This document shows, piece by piece, positions 11,964 through 23,484 of a stretch of DNA of 64,000 nt. Under the pieces are notes generated by a model, which had not been told where the DNA came from, made no database searches, and worked only from the letters and a program-made list of their open reading frames with translations. This stretch comes from the human T2T-CHM13v2.0 reference genome, Homo sapiens. The position numbers and the translations under genes are program-made. The stretch lies in NCBI RefSeq assembly GCF_009914755.1, contig NC_060929.1. One strand, 5' to 3'. Position 1 is the first letter of the stretch. Every line of letters starts with the position of its first letter.

Positions 11964-14954
11964 GGAAAATCAAAAGCCATGGCCATGCTAAAACAAGACA
12001 AGTATCTCTATGTACTAGAATCAGAAGAGAAACAACAGGTGGAATGTGAAACCATTGAGGTCTGAACCAGAAGTCAACAGAGGTGGCCCAGAGTTCTAGC
12101 TTCTGTGAGGTTATGGGAACCAAACTACCCCAGAGGTGGTGGTGGTGGTGGGGGAAAGCTCTTAGTTATCCATCCACAGCCCCTTCTGAAGGGACGGTAT
12201 GGGGCAACCACATTTTGGACCACATTGCCCTGCCTCTCTCCCTCCAAAACTGATAATTGGACCAAGCCTGGGCACTTCCCCCAAAACATTGAAGCCATAC
12301 CTGCTGTGAGAGGATCTCGAATGAAAAGTTCTACCAAATAAAAAAGAGCTGGCCCTATAAGATTCTTGTTCCAATGAAATTAAATTGGGAAATGTTGGAG
12401 GAAGTAAACAATTTTCAGTGGAAGCTGAAGCTGAAAGATCTTAAGTTTGAGAGGAGGCAAAAGGTTCATGATCAAGCCAAAGCCATGGGAAGCAGAAATT
12501 CTAAGATCAAAAACTTATTAGCTTCAGAGAAAAGCTTTAGGCTAGAGGATAAGTAAAGGATAACTTTAGACTGGAGGATAACTGCCTGATAGCTAAAAGA
12601 GGAAACCAGACCCAGAGAGAGATTTGGGGTCATCTTAATGTGGAAGAGAAAAAGCAAAACTCTACACCTCCCTCTGCTGAGATCCAGAGGAGTGCTTTGG
12701 ATGCTGAGGGTCTTCCTGACCTCAGTCTCCATGAGACCCAGCTCCACAGTAATTCCTGCTCTTCTTGGGATGGGTTGTCTGGCTCCTCCTCAGCTACTGT
12801 AAAGCTCTGGGCTTGGACCCCTATTTCCTTGGTTTCGTGTATCTCTTTCTAACTGTCTTCCTCCCTTCACTCCAATCACTTGAGGTTCTTGAGTGAGACT
12901 GTTCAAGAAAACCTAACTGAAACATATGCTAGCTCATGTAATCCTCTCAATGGCCCTGTGAGGTAGGAGTACTATTTCCATCTTACAAGTGAGGAAACTG
13001 AGGCTACAGGACATTACGCAGCAGGATCATGGAACTGAAGGGATGGTTGTTTGCCTGTGTGACCTCACATCTATTTCCCCACCTTCCTCTGCTTTGCTGG
13101 CCGAGCAAAGTCTATTTTGTAGGCTCCCTTGCCAACTGGCTTCTGGTTCACCAAGAGGGTCACTGGAGGGAAATTTATGAGTAGAAAGAAGGGAGAAGCC
13201 AGGATATTTCTCCCTGTGTATTCTGGGCGGCATCTCTGGCAAGGGTTACACCTTCTTCGTGTCCCAGATCCCATGAGAGGGCCTTTCTTCCATGTTCCAG
13301 TCCCCTCCCACCAGGCCACCCCCAACCCCCCAGTCCTAAGAATGGTAGCACTTTCTGGCTTTTGCTAATCTTTGGGTGGCCTCCTGTCTCTTGTTTAGAG
13401 TTTTACTTCTTTCAAACCATTTGTGACTCGTTCTCCATGGTAAATCTCACCTATTACCTGGCATGGCTCTGTTTTCCTGAACGGACCTGACTGATGCAAC
13501 AGTTAACCAGGAGGCAGAGTGAGGATGTGAAGTTCAGTCTGTGTGACTCCAGAACCCACACTCTGAAGACTGCATTATATTGACAGTTAAATCACAAAGA
13601 GATTTCTCAACTTTCACTACAAACTAGTGATGTTCCCCCAGAGCAAGCCCATAGCGAGGCCTTCCCATGACATGTTTTCACTGCTCATGGTTAAGAGTTA
13701 ATTTTTTAGTACCCCAACCCAAAGATCAACATGGGACCAGAAGAGTTCATTTCTAATGGCTGCCCCTTGCACAACAACCCATTGCCCTTTTCTAACTCTG
13801 CTTCCTGAACCCCCAGGGCCAATCTAGTAGTACTGGATTTGCTGCCAGGTGAGGAACCAAGTGAGGAATTGCCATAGCACCAAACTGAATGTACACTATT
13901 GAGCCAGATTGAAATCTCAAGGTGCTCAATAGGCTTACCACTGCTTGGAAGCAGCAAACAGGAAATTTCAAGTTCTATAGAGTTATTTCAAGTTCTATAC
14001 AGTTCTATAGAGTTATTTATAATATATAATATAATATACTTATAAATTTCAAGTTCTATAGAGTTATATTATTTAGGAAAACTGCAATAAACCTAGTGCT
14101 CTTGGTTTCTTATCCCTCTCCTAGCTTCAACCTTCAGAGATCCTATTTTCTTAGGATAATCCGTCCTATCGACACTCCCAGGTCTCAGTATTTTGTTTGT
14201 GTTCTCTCTCTCTCCTATCTCTTTCTCTTTTCCCACTAGATTTCTGGCCATCTGACCTCCAAAGCCAAGTGTCTACCATGCTAAATTGTGTATTAATAGT
14301 TCTGTGTTGGTCATTTATCAAGACCTACATCACCTCTGACAAGCCATCATCATGTGTTTTATGCTGTACTTAAGGTCTGGCTTACTGTACTGTATTGAAT
14401 TTACAGGAACCTAGAAGCAAGTGAATGTTGGATTTTTCAAAAGTAGCTGCTCTGCCAGAGAGAGCAGAATGTTCATATCATCTTCCCTGAAAATCTAAAA
14501 AAAAAGTCAAATCAAATCAAGAAAAGAGGCTTCAACTTTATGGTCTTTAAATAAACGCACAATTGCTTCCCTAATTGTGAATGTCTCCTGCACCTGGTCT
14601 CAATCCTTTAAACACTAACTTTAGTCCATTCATGGGTAAAGGTGGATAATTTCAGCATCTAATTAACAAGTGTGTGGTGGGAAGTATGTTACACTCTTGA
14701 GGTTTGTACTACCCAATATACCATACTACTGACGAGTGACAGTCTGTATTTCACAGACCACAGTTGAACAATCTATACAATCATTTGTAAAAATAACCAA
14801 GTCTTGTTACAAAAATGGGTGTTATTTTTGGTATCTCTCTCCTCACTCCCTCCAGCTACCACCTCCCACATCCCAGCTGTCTCCTGATCCTGTGAGGGAT
14901 TTTGTTTCTCTGAAAAGCTTTAGTAGCTTCTCTATTCTGTCCTTTTCTCTAAAG

Positions 14955-15070
14955 AAATCTCAATGTTAACAGAAACGAAAATGGACGGCCATATGTCACA
15001 AGAGAATGAAATCTTTGCTCCCAATCCCTGTCTTCAGAGCTGACCTAGAAGCCAGCCACTCCACTCAGAC
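14955..15070 (+). ncRNA. Candidate non-coding exon (lncRNA or 5'UTR)
   Basis: TCTATTCTGTCCTTTTCTCTAAAG acceptor; GAC|GTAAGT donor; 116 nt; the ATG frame starting at 14963 terminates inside the exon. Confidence 0.5.
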
Positions 15071-15299
15071 GTAAGTATGGACTGTGTGAGTGAGGAAGAT
15101 TCCTCCCCCACCCCGTGTCCCCCAGCAGGCCCCTGGCTCCTACTCACCATTCAGGTCTCAGCAAAAGAGTGGAATCTTTGAGAAAATATTCTCTACCCCT
15201 AGCCTAAGTCACTGTCTTTTGTTACATGTTCTCACAGAACTGCCATCCCTTCCTCAAGAGTAATTAACTCAGTTTGTAGATATATCCTTACCTGTGTCC

Positions 15300-15630
15300 T
15301 CTGGATAATGACTGGCTAACTCTATTAGTCTGTAAGATCCATGAATATATGTGTCCCAAACTATATTTCATGAAAGTGGTGGTGGTAATGGTGGAGTCTT
15401 TTAGCAAATAAATTTGGGAAATACTGGATTAAATAAAATTAAGCAATTTTCTTTATCATATGACTTCTTGGAGCCTTTTAAATGCTAATGTGTGTAATGA
15501 ATCACCAGCATTTCCCAAGCCACACTAATCATGGAACCTTTTCTCATAACAAACATTAACATCTGGAAGAATTATAATTCTTCCAGAATTATATATATAT
15601 ATAATTCCAGAATATAGTTTGAGAAAAGCC
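15300..15630. mobile_element. Degenerate hAT-Charlie/MER5-type DNA transposon relic
   Basis: AAATTTGGGAAATACTGGATTAAATAAAATTAAGCA, CAGCATTTCCCAA and AGTTTGAGAAA motifs. Confidence 0.45.
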
Positions 15631-16567
15631 AATATAGAATGAATGACAATTTTTGCCTTTACTCCAACATTATAGCAGAGTGGTAATTACCATGAACACA
15701 CAAATTTCAAATGACCTTGGAAGCTGCAGTAAAAAAAAAAAACTGTGACAAAACTTCAGAGTGAAATAATCACACAGGAAGAGATAGCAGGGTAAGGGTA
15801 AGTTTGAGGAAGACACAAAAAAGAAAGAAAGAAAAAAAGGAATGAGAAAGCAAGCTAACTTATCGAGAAGGCAAAGATGGAGTTCCAATTAAAGTAGAAT
15901 CAATGCCAGGCAACAGAGTAAAAGGAGAATTGGTAAGATTCATCTAGATACTTGATGCTGAGAAGTAAGAATTAATATGGTGCCTGCTGCCGGTCCAAGA
16001 CAGTGGGGGAAAGATTGATGACTTTGGGTTTTCTGGCTGGTTTTCAGATAGAACTGAACCATGTGATCAACTTGTTTATGATAATGTGAAGTCCAAAATG
16101 GCAAATTTCAAGATTGATAGAGTTGTATTATTTAGGAAAACTGCAATATACCAAATAATAGTTGATTATTTAAAATACTATAAATATATATTTTTTAGAT
16201 TTTGATAAAATTATTTAAATGTTTTTTAAATGAAGACATATCAGTACCACTGTGAACTATTTTTTTATTTGAGAGGTGAAAATAAATGCGTATTAATATT
16301 CAAAGGGGCTGCCTCAGACCTTTTTAAGAAATGGAGATATAGACTTAATAATTGAACATAGAAATAATCATTCCAAGTTTAGTGGCTAATAAAGTGAAGT
16401 CTAAGAAATTACTATGCTGTAGATTATCTTCTAGCATTAAGCCAGTGGGCATGGAGTTTCTTTTTAGTTCAACTTCACAACAAGGCATATGATCACATGT
16501 GAAAAATGGGAATTCAGAGTGGAAATCTTGTTTTGAAAATCAGCTAACATTTAGTTTTCCACTTCAG

Positions 16568-16610
16568 CCAATTCGGATCACTATGTTCGTGAGGACTTTA
16601 ACAGCATCAG
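16568..16610 (+). ncRNA. Candidate 43-nt non-coding exon
   Basis: GCTAAC branch point (16543-16548), TTTTCCACTTCAG acceptor, CAG|GTAAAA donor; two CpGs in an otherwise AT-rich stretch. Confidence 0.5.
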
Positions 16611-17942
16611 GTAAAATTTCCCTTTCTATATAATAATAGCAGAGAGAATGTAGAAGTTAGTTATCAGAGAGTTTGAAGGCTTCCAAATGTTTGCATTATT
16701 GCTGAAAACAATCTATAATTTAATGTAGACTAACTCTGGACTGTACATGAACACCAGCAATGAAGAGGAAGGAAACTTTGAAAAATGTTATACACTGGAG
16801 GATTGGCTTTACTGTGGCTATCTTTTATGTCAACCCTGAAATCTGTCTTTATTATTAAAAGAAGTTTAATTTCAAAGGATGGCTCCCCTTTAAAATGGTT
16901 CTTGGGTGTTGACACTGGATGCAGAAGCAGAACTTACACAGTCTGAACAAACGGGTGGTTAGAAAAGATTGTTTCAAGCCTCTGTGTTCCTAAGATCATG
17001 GCTAAATTTCCCAAATTCTGAATTGAGGTGAAAGGTCAGAGAAAGAGTTCATTTGGAATGGGATCTAGAGGTGTCCCTAAGGAAAGAAAGGTTGGCTGGA
17101 TCTGGTGATTTAGGAGAAATCCAGTCTGCTCTCACCTGCTGCCATCTGCCATCTGCTTCTGCTCCATCTTCCCAGTCTCAGGGGATCCCCTCAGCTCTAC
17201 CCTCTGGGTCCAGCCACCTCGGCCTCGGTGACCCCAGACCCTCTCTGTCTCCACCACTAACCCCACAGAAAGACTTAGTTTAAGTTTCTTCAAGAGGGGC
17301 TGAAAACATAAAGTCTCTTTACTTCCTCTTCCAGAGGGTTGTGTGTGGGCATGCATGTGTACACATGTATATGTGTGCACACATGCGTGTATGCAGTGGA
17401 TGTGCATTTGAGTTCTTTTGGTGTAGGCTGTCATGTGAAGACTTCTCAGACTTTTAGAAACATGATACTTGCCTCTCTTTCCTGAGGTCAGGATAAAGAG
17501 ACACTCAGACCTTTAAGGCTTTGTGCTTAATCCCTCGTCCTGCTGCGTGAGGAATAAGAGTTCACTGTGGGTTTGCTCACTGGTCTCTAACTGGACTCTC
17601 AGGAGCATCCAAAGCCCAGCCAGAGCCTCAGCCTGCTGCCTGGGCACCAGCCTCATCTGCCTGCTCATGCATGTCTGCTCTTGCTTCCTCTGACTTTTGG
17701 ACATGTCCAGCTTGCTCCCACATGTGTCTCAGATCTGCTTGCTCTGCACTTGTCCACATGGACTTTTCTGGCTCCAGACTTAGCCTTGCAGCTCTCACAA
17801 AGTGTCAGAAAGATCTCTCAGCTCCAGGAGCCACGGCTGCCTTAGGGCATTCTAGTTCCTCCCATGAGGGGGAGATCAGATACCCTTCAAGATATAGCCC
17901 CCAGAACAAGAGACGTGTTTTGCCATTCTTCAAGGAAAGGAA

Positions 17943-17944
<2 letters not shown>

Positions 17945-17990
<46 letters not shown>
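17945..17990. repeat. (CT)n microsatellite
   Basis: Seen directly in the sequence. Confidence 0.95.
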
Positions 17991-18213
17991 ATCATGAAAC
18001 AAGTGCATGAACAATTTGACTTCAAGCTTTGTGGTCCAGAGCATCCTAGGCACTCAGTATGGTCCCCAAACCATTGCTTTCTAACCCGCTGCAGGCCTTT
18101 TGGGAGAAAGTCAACTCTTTTCCTTTTCTTAGGCTCAGTCTGGTTATTCAACCCAGAAAGGGGAAGCTGGGGCTGGGGCCATAGTGTTTGGACTCAGCCT
18201 GAAATTCTCCTTC

Positions 18214-18775
18214 TGTGATGGTTAATATTGAGTGTCAACTTGATTGGAATGAAGGATGCAAAGTATTGTTCCTGGGTGTGTCTGTGAGGGTGTTGCCAAA
18301 GGAGATTAACATTTGAGTCAGTGGACTGGGAGAGGCACAGCCACCCTCAATTTGGGAGGGCACCATCTAATCAGCTGCCAGCATGGCTAGAATAAAAGCA
18401 GGCAGAAGAAATTGGAAAGAACAGACTTGCTAAGTCTTCCAGCATCCGTCTTTCTCCTGTGCTGGATGCTTCCTGCCCTCAAACATCAGACTCCAAGTTC
18501 TTCAGCTTCTGGGACTCTTGGACTTACACCAGTGGTCTGCCAGGGCCCCTCGAGCCTTTGACCACAGACTGAAGGCTGCACTGTCGATTTCCCTACTTTT
18601 GAGGTTTTGGTACCCAGAACAATCCACCAATGACTTCCTTGCTCCTCAACTTGCAGACAGCCTATCTTGGGACTTTACCTTGTGATCAAGTGAGTCAATT
18701 CTCCTTAATAAACTCCCTCTCATATATACATATATCCTATTAGTTTTGTCCCTCTAGAGAACCTTGACTAACACA
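18214..18775 (+). mobile_element. HERV-L solo LTR (MLT2A-like, probably MLT2A2)
   Basis: TGTGATGGTTAATATTGAGTGTCAACTTGATTGG...CTAGAGAACCTTGACTAACACA; AATAAA near 18707; TSD CCTTC/TCTTC. Confidence 0.9.
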
Positions 18776-19390
18776 TCTTCCTCCTTTCTGTCTTTCTCAC
18801 CCAAACGAGAAGGCTACCACCAGTTGTGATCACAATTGTCCCAGTGGTTTCCAATACTCCTTTCATAGTAATTTTAGACCTTTAGGTTTGACACCTCTTC
18901 TTGTAGAACACTCCAATATGGGCAGAGTCCCTTCAGCTCAGCTGACAATCAGTTTACACATACTGTACCCAAGCTGTCACTGAGGAAGAAACTGACATCT
19001 CAGCCAGCCCACCTTGAGACCAGAGAGGGGCCTGAGTAGCCTATCTGCCTCAGATACCAGAGATAGAGCAAGAAGCCCCATACTGCACAGACAGCCCTGT
19101 GGCATCCTGAAACTCCTTGTTATCTTCAGGGACTGTGTTTAGTTCCAGGTTAATTGAGGGGATTTTTGGTTCAAGGTTCAGTTCAGGAAAATTCTATATC
19201 TTTACAACTTATATTCTACTTCATTCAAAATGAGAATGTCTTCATTGATCCCCATGGGAATATGTATTCTTTCAACTCTATAATCATGAATAAGATAAAA
19301 CCAATGAAAATTTGCCATGGCCTTTTAGGCACCAAATATTAATATTCACATGTTTCAGAAGCGGTGACATGGAGAGAATTTTCTGATCTT

Positions 19391-19655
19391 TCATCCTAAA
19401 TGGGTCTGTGGGCACCATGGAAAAGACGGGCAGGCCGCTCTCCACCTGTGTGCACCATCGCTGGCATGTGCTGATGCTGAAGTAGGATCTAACTTGGTTC
19501 CCAGGCCCTTACTCAGGCCTTCTTCCCGCTTCTTCAAAACTCCAAACTCTAGGGCATTTTTGGGGTGACTTTGTGAATGAGGCGCAGGCTTCTGGAACAT
19601 CTGGGCTTCAGGGAAGGTATCTTCTTCCCTCTGTTCTGTTTCCAGAGGATCCCTA
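19391..19655 (-). other. Candidate minus-strand terminal exon (ORF-bearing part)
   Basis: TAACTCAC branch point, CCTCTTCCTTTTGTGCACAG acceptor (tandem CAG/TAG); open frame RDPLETEQREED...PQTHLG to TGA at 19393-19391. Confidence 0.45.
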
Positions 19656-19894
19656 CTGTGCACAAAAGGAAGAGGCACAGTGAGTTAAATGGATAGACGA
19701 GTACTCCAGAGTGAAATTCCTAGAGGTTATCTCATTTTTCCATTTACTATAATCCTCATACTATCTTAATAAGTTTTCCAACATTTCAATTCATTTCATT
19801 TATCTTCTTAAGACAGGAAAAAAAGTTTTCAAAAATTACCTCAGGGTCCTTTGCATCAGTGAGATAAATGGAGAGGTCTGTGAGTGGCGCGTAC

Positions 19895-19995
19895 CTTGCA
19901 GCAGTCTTTCTCTGGCATCCCATCAGGGCAGGTATGATCTGGTTCATATCAGTAGGATGGCCGTAGGTCTCCTGGAAGACGTTATCAACTAATTT
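19895..19995 (-). other. Candidate minus-strand internal exon, 101 nt
   Basis: CACTGAC branch point, TTTTATCTTTATTCAG acceptor, AAG|GTACGC donor; phase-0 frame is open (KLVDNVFQETYGHPTDMNQIIPALMGCQRKTAA) and joins in frame with 19655-19391. Confidence 0.5.
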
Positions 19996-20329
19996 CTGAA
20001 TAAAGATAAAAGTCAGTGAAAGATGCTAAGGCTCCTTTCTAGTTAAATAATTCATTGAACGAATTATGTTAAAATTTAGTTTCCTCATGTAGAACAAGTG
20101 CTGTCAAATACCCCAGGGAGTCGGGACAGTGGGTGAAAAATGAATCTTTAGTGATCAAATTTGGTGATCATCTGCTCACAGAGAGTGCGTCAGCCACCTG
20201 GAGGGTTATTCAAAGCAGACCTTAATCATATTTTGGTCATGTTTTGGTCTCTTCCTTATCTATTCCACAAACCCTTTACAAAGAATCCACTCCAGCCCAC
20301 ACCAGAATAGTGGAAGGTTACCACTGCTT

Positions 20330-20960
20330 CCACTGTGGGCCAAGCTGTCCCTATCATTCTCAATGGACTCTTTAATGGAATCCCTCCTTCTGCTCTTGTC
20401 TCCCTACCATCTATTCTCAACATAGTAGCCAGAGTGATCCTGTTAAAATGTGAGTCAGACCATGGAAGTCCTCTGATCAAGACCCTCCAAGAATTCCCCA
20501 TGCCACCCAACATAAAAGCCAGAAACTTTATGGTCTTCAGGGCCCTTCCTAATCCACTTTCTACCACTCAGCAATCTAACCTCACTCCTTCTACTCTCCC
20601 CAGCCACCCTTTCTCCTTGCTTGTTTCCTTACTTCACACAGATTTTTTTTTATGGGTCATCTCAATGAGACCTTCCCTCCCACCTTGATAAATATTGCAC
20701 CTCTCCAATGTTCTCTGTTCCTCTTCCCTGCTTTATTTTTGAAACAGTTTTTAATAACAATGTGACATATGTATAGTTCGCATATTTATTTTGTTTATTT
20801 TGCATTTCCCCTCTAACTTCTGCACTCTCTACTCACTCACACACCCTACAACGTAAGCCCTAGAAAGGCAATCATTTTTGTTGGTTTTCTTCAGTGCCTT
20901 CTTCACAGGGCCTAGAACAGTGACTGACACATATTAGGCACTCACTAAATACTTGTTGGA
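20330..20960 (+). mobile_element. L2 3' fragment
   Basis: GCCAGAGTGATCCTGTTAAAATGTGAGTCAGACCATG and CCTAGAACAGTGACTGACACATATTAGGCACTCACTAAATACTTGTTG L2 motifs. Confidence 0.75.
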
Positions 20961-21525
20961 CCAAAGTCAATCCATCAGTCATCCATTTGGAAGCCGTCTG
21001 CAAGACAGCGAGCAGAGTGGAGCAGAGAAGAGAATATACATAGCGGGGCAGAGGGGAAGCAAGGCAAGGAGAGACTGTAAAGTCCTGAGAGACAGAAAGA
21101 GTAGCCATGATCCTCAACTTTCCAGTTCCCAATTCCAATTCCCATTAGGCCTCTGACATGTAATTTGTTTCCTGTCTTTGTATCATCCACATGTGTCCAT
21201 GATATTTCCTGCTGTATCCTTACAACAACACTGTCTAACTTGAACTGGCTTGAAAAGGAGAATAGGAGACAATATTAGAAAAGGAATGGGTAAGCCAGAT
21301 GACTTGCAAGCCATTGTAAATACCTGGATTCTTGCTCTGTTTGAAATGAGAGGCCAGGAGAACAGGGTTTTTTGTTTGTTTTTTATCAAGGAATTATGCA
21401 CTGACTTTCATTTTAAGGAGCTCCCTCTGACTGCTATATGAAGAGAACTGCACTCCTGCCCGAGCAACAGAGCAAGACTGAAGAAGGAAGGAAGGAAGGA
21501 AGAAAGAAAGGAAGGAAGGAAGGAA

Positions 21526-22161
21526 GGGTTCTCCAGAGAAACAGAACTAATAGAAGAAATAACGTAAGAGAAAGAGAGAGAGAGATTTAAAGAATTGCCT
21601 CATACAACTGGGGGTGCTGGCAAGTCGAAAATCCCCAGAGCAAGCCAGCAGGCTTGAGATTCTGGTAAGAATTGATGTTGCTGTTTTGAGTTCAAAGGCT
21701 GGAAACTCAGGCAGAATTTCTCATTACACCCCGCTCTTCTCATTCTCTCTGAAGCCCCTCCAGTTAAGCTTTTGACCCCATCAGGTCCTCTTCCACAATG
21801 GCCATAGTTGAGGCCACCAGTCTTGTGACTTAATACCACATCTATATGCTGAAACTCCTACATTTGTATATGTGATAATCATATGTTGCAAGCTGGAGGT
21901 AGAATCCCTTCTTTTCCAGGAAACCTCAATGTTTACTCTTAAGATCTTCAACTCATTGGATGAGGCTCACCTAATAATTTAGATCTTCAACTCATTGGAT
22001 GAGGCTTACCTACATAATGAAGGGTAATCTGCTTTATTCAGAGTCTACTGATTTAAATGTCTGTCACATCTAAAAAATATTTTCATAGCAACATCTAGAC
22101 ATATTTAACCAAACAACTGGGAACTATAGCCTAGCCAAGTTGACATGAAATTAACCATTAC
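21526..22161 (-). mobile_element. MLT2 (HERV-L) solo LTR, older subfamily, with internal insertion and duplication
   Basis: GGGTTCTCCAGAGAAACAGAACTAATAG start and CCAAGTTGACATGAAATTAACCATTACA end (reverse MLT2 termini). Confidence 0.75.
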
Positions 22162-22444
22162 AGGGGCCAGAGTGAAAACAGGGAAGCCAGTAAGGAAACA
22201 ATTAAGATACTCTAGATGGGCAGGAATGGTAGCATGAACCAGAGTGGTAAATAACAGAGGTGATGAGAATTGGTCAAATTTTAGATATATTTTGAAGGTG
22301 AAGCTGATAGAATTTGCTAATAAATTAGATGTGAGAGTGAAGAATCCAGGATGACTCCAAAGCTCTTGGCCTGAACAACTGGAAGAATAGAGTTTCCATC
22401 AACTAAAATGGGGAGGCTGCAAGGGGAGCAGTTGAGGGGAGAAG
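22162..22444 (-). mobile_element. L2 fragment split by the L1 insertion (continues at about 28621-28875)
   Basis: GATATATTTTGAAGGT...CCAGGATGACTCCAAAGCTCTTGGCCTGAACAACTGGAAGAAT on the left; TTCTGTTTTGGA...GATATATGAGTCTG on the right, colinear with the L2 consensus. Confidence 0.75.
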
Positions 22445-22771
22445 AAAGAAAATTCAGGGAGGGGGTGGAGCCAAGATGGCTGAATAGCAACAGCTCCAGT
22501 CTACAGCTCCCAGCATGAGCGACACAGAAGACGGCTGATTTCTGCATTTCCAACTGAGGTACCGGGTTCATCTCACTGGGGAGTGCCGGAAGGTGGGTGC
22601 AGGTCAGTGGGTGCAGCGCACCATGCGTGAGCCGAAGCAGGGTGAGCCATCGCCTCACCTGGGAAGAGCAAGGGGTCAGGGAATTCCCTTTCCTAGTCAA
22701 AGAAAGGGGTGACAGATGGCACCTGGAAAATTGGGTCACTCCCACCCTAATACTGCGCTTTACCAACGGGC

Positions 22772-22912
22772 TTAACAAACGGCACACCAGGAGATTATAT
22801 CCTGCAACTGGCTCAAGGGTCTTACGCCCACGGAGCCTCGCTCATTGCTAGCACAGCAGTCTGAGATCAAACTGCAAGGCAGCAGCGAGGCTGGGGGAGG
22901 GGCCCCCGCCAT
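22772..22912 (-). pseudogene. L1 ORF0 remnant (46 aa, frameshifted)
   Basis: Antisense ATG at 22912 gives MAGAPPPASLLPCSLISDCCASNERGSVGV, matching the known ORF0 N-terminus; an apparent 1-nt deletion near 22815 leads to TAA at 22774-22772. Confidence 0.75.
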
Positions 22913-23484
22913 TGCTCAGGCTTGAATAGGTAAACAAAGCAGCCAGGAAGCTCGAACTGGGTGGAGCCCACCACAGCTCAAGGAGGCCTGCCTGCCTCTG
23001 TAGGCTCCACTTCTGGGGGCAGGGCGCAGACAAAAGACAGCAATAACCTCTGCAGACTTAAATGTCCCTGTCTGACAGCTTTGAAGAGAGTAGCGGTTTT
23101 CCCAGCACGCAACTTGAGATCTGAGAATGGGCAGACTGCCTCCTCAAGTGGGTCCCTGACTCCTGAGTAGCCTAACTGGGAGGCACCCCCCAAGTAGGGG
23201 CGGACTGACACCTCACATGGCTGGGTACTCCTCTGAGACAAAACTTCCAGATGAACGATCAGGCAGCAGCATTTGTGGTTCACCAATATCCGCTGTTCTG
23301 CAGCCACTGCTGCTGATACCCAGGCAAACAAGGTCTGGAGTGGACCTCCAGCAAACTCCAACAGACCCGCAGCTGAGGGTCCCAACTGTTAGAAGGAAAA
23401 TTAACAAACAGAAAGGACATCCACACCAAAAACCCATCTGTACATCACCATCATCAAAGACCAAAGGTAGATAAAACCACAAAG

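Noticed and set aside
17340-17405. Alternating purine-pyrimidine tract with short palindromes
   Set aside because: Decayed (TG)/(CA) microsatellite; common and not informative.
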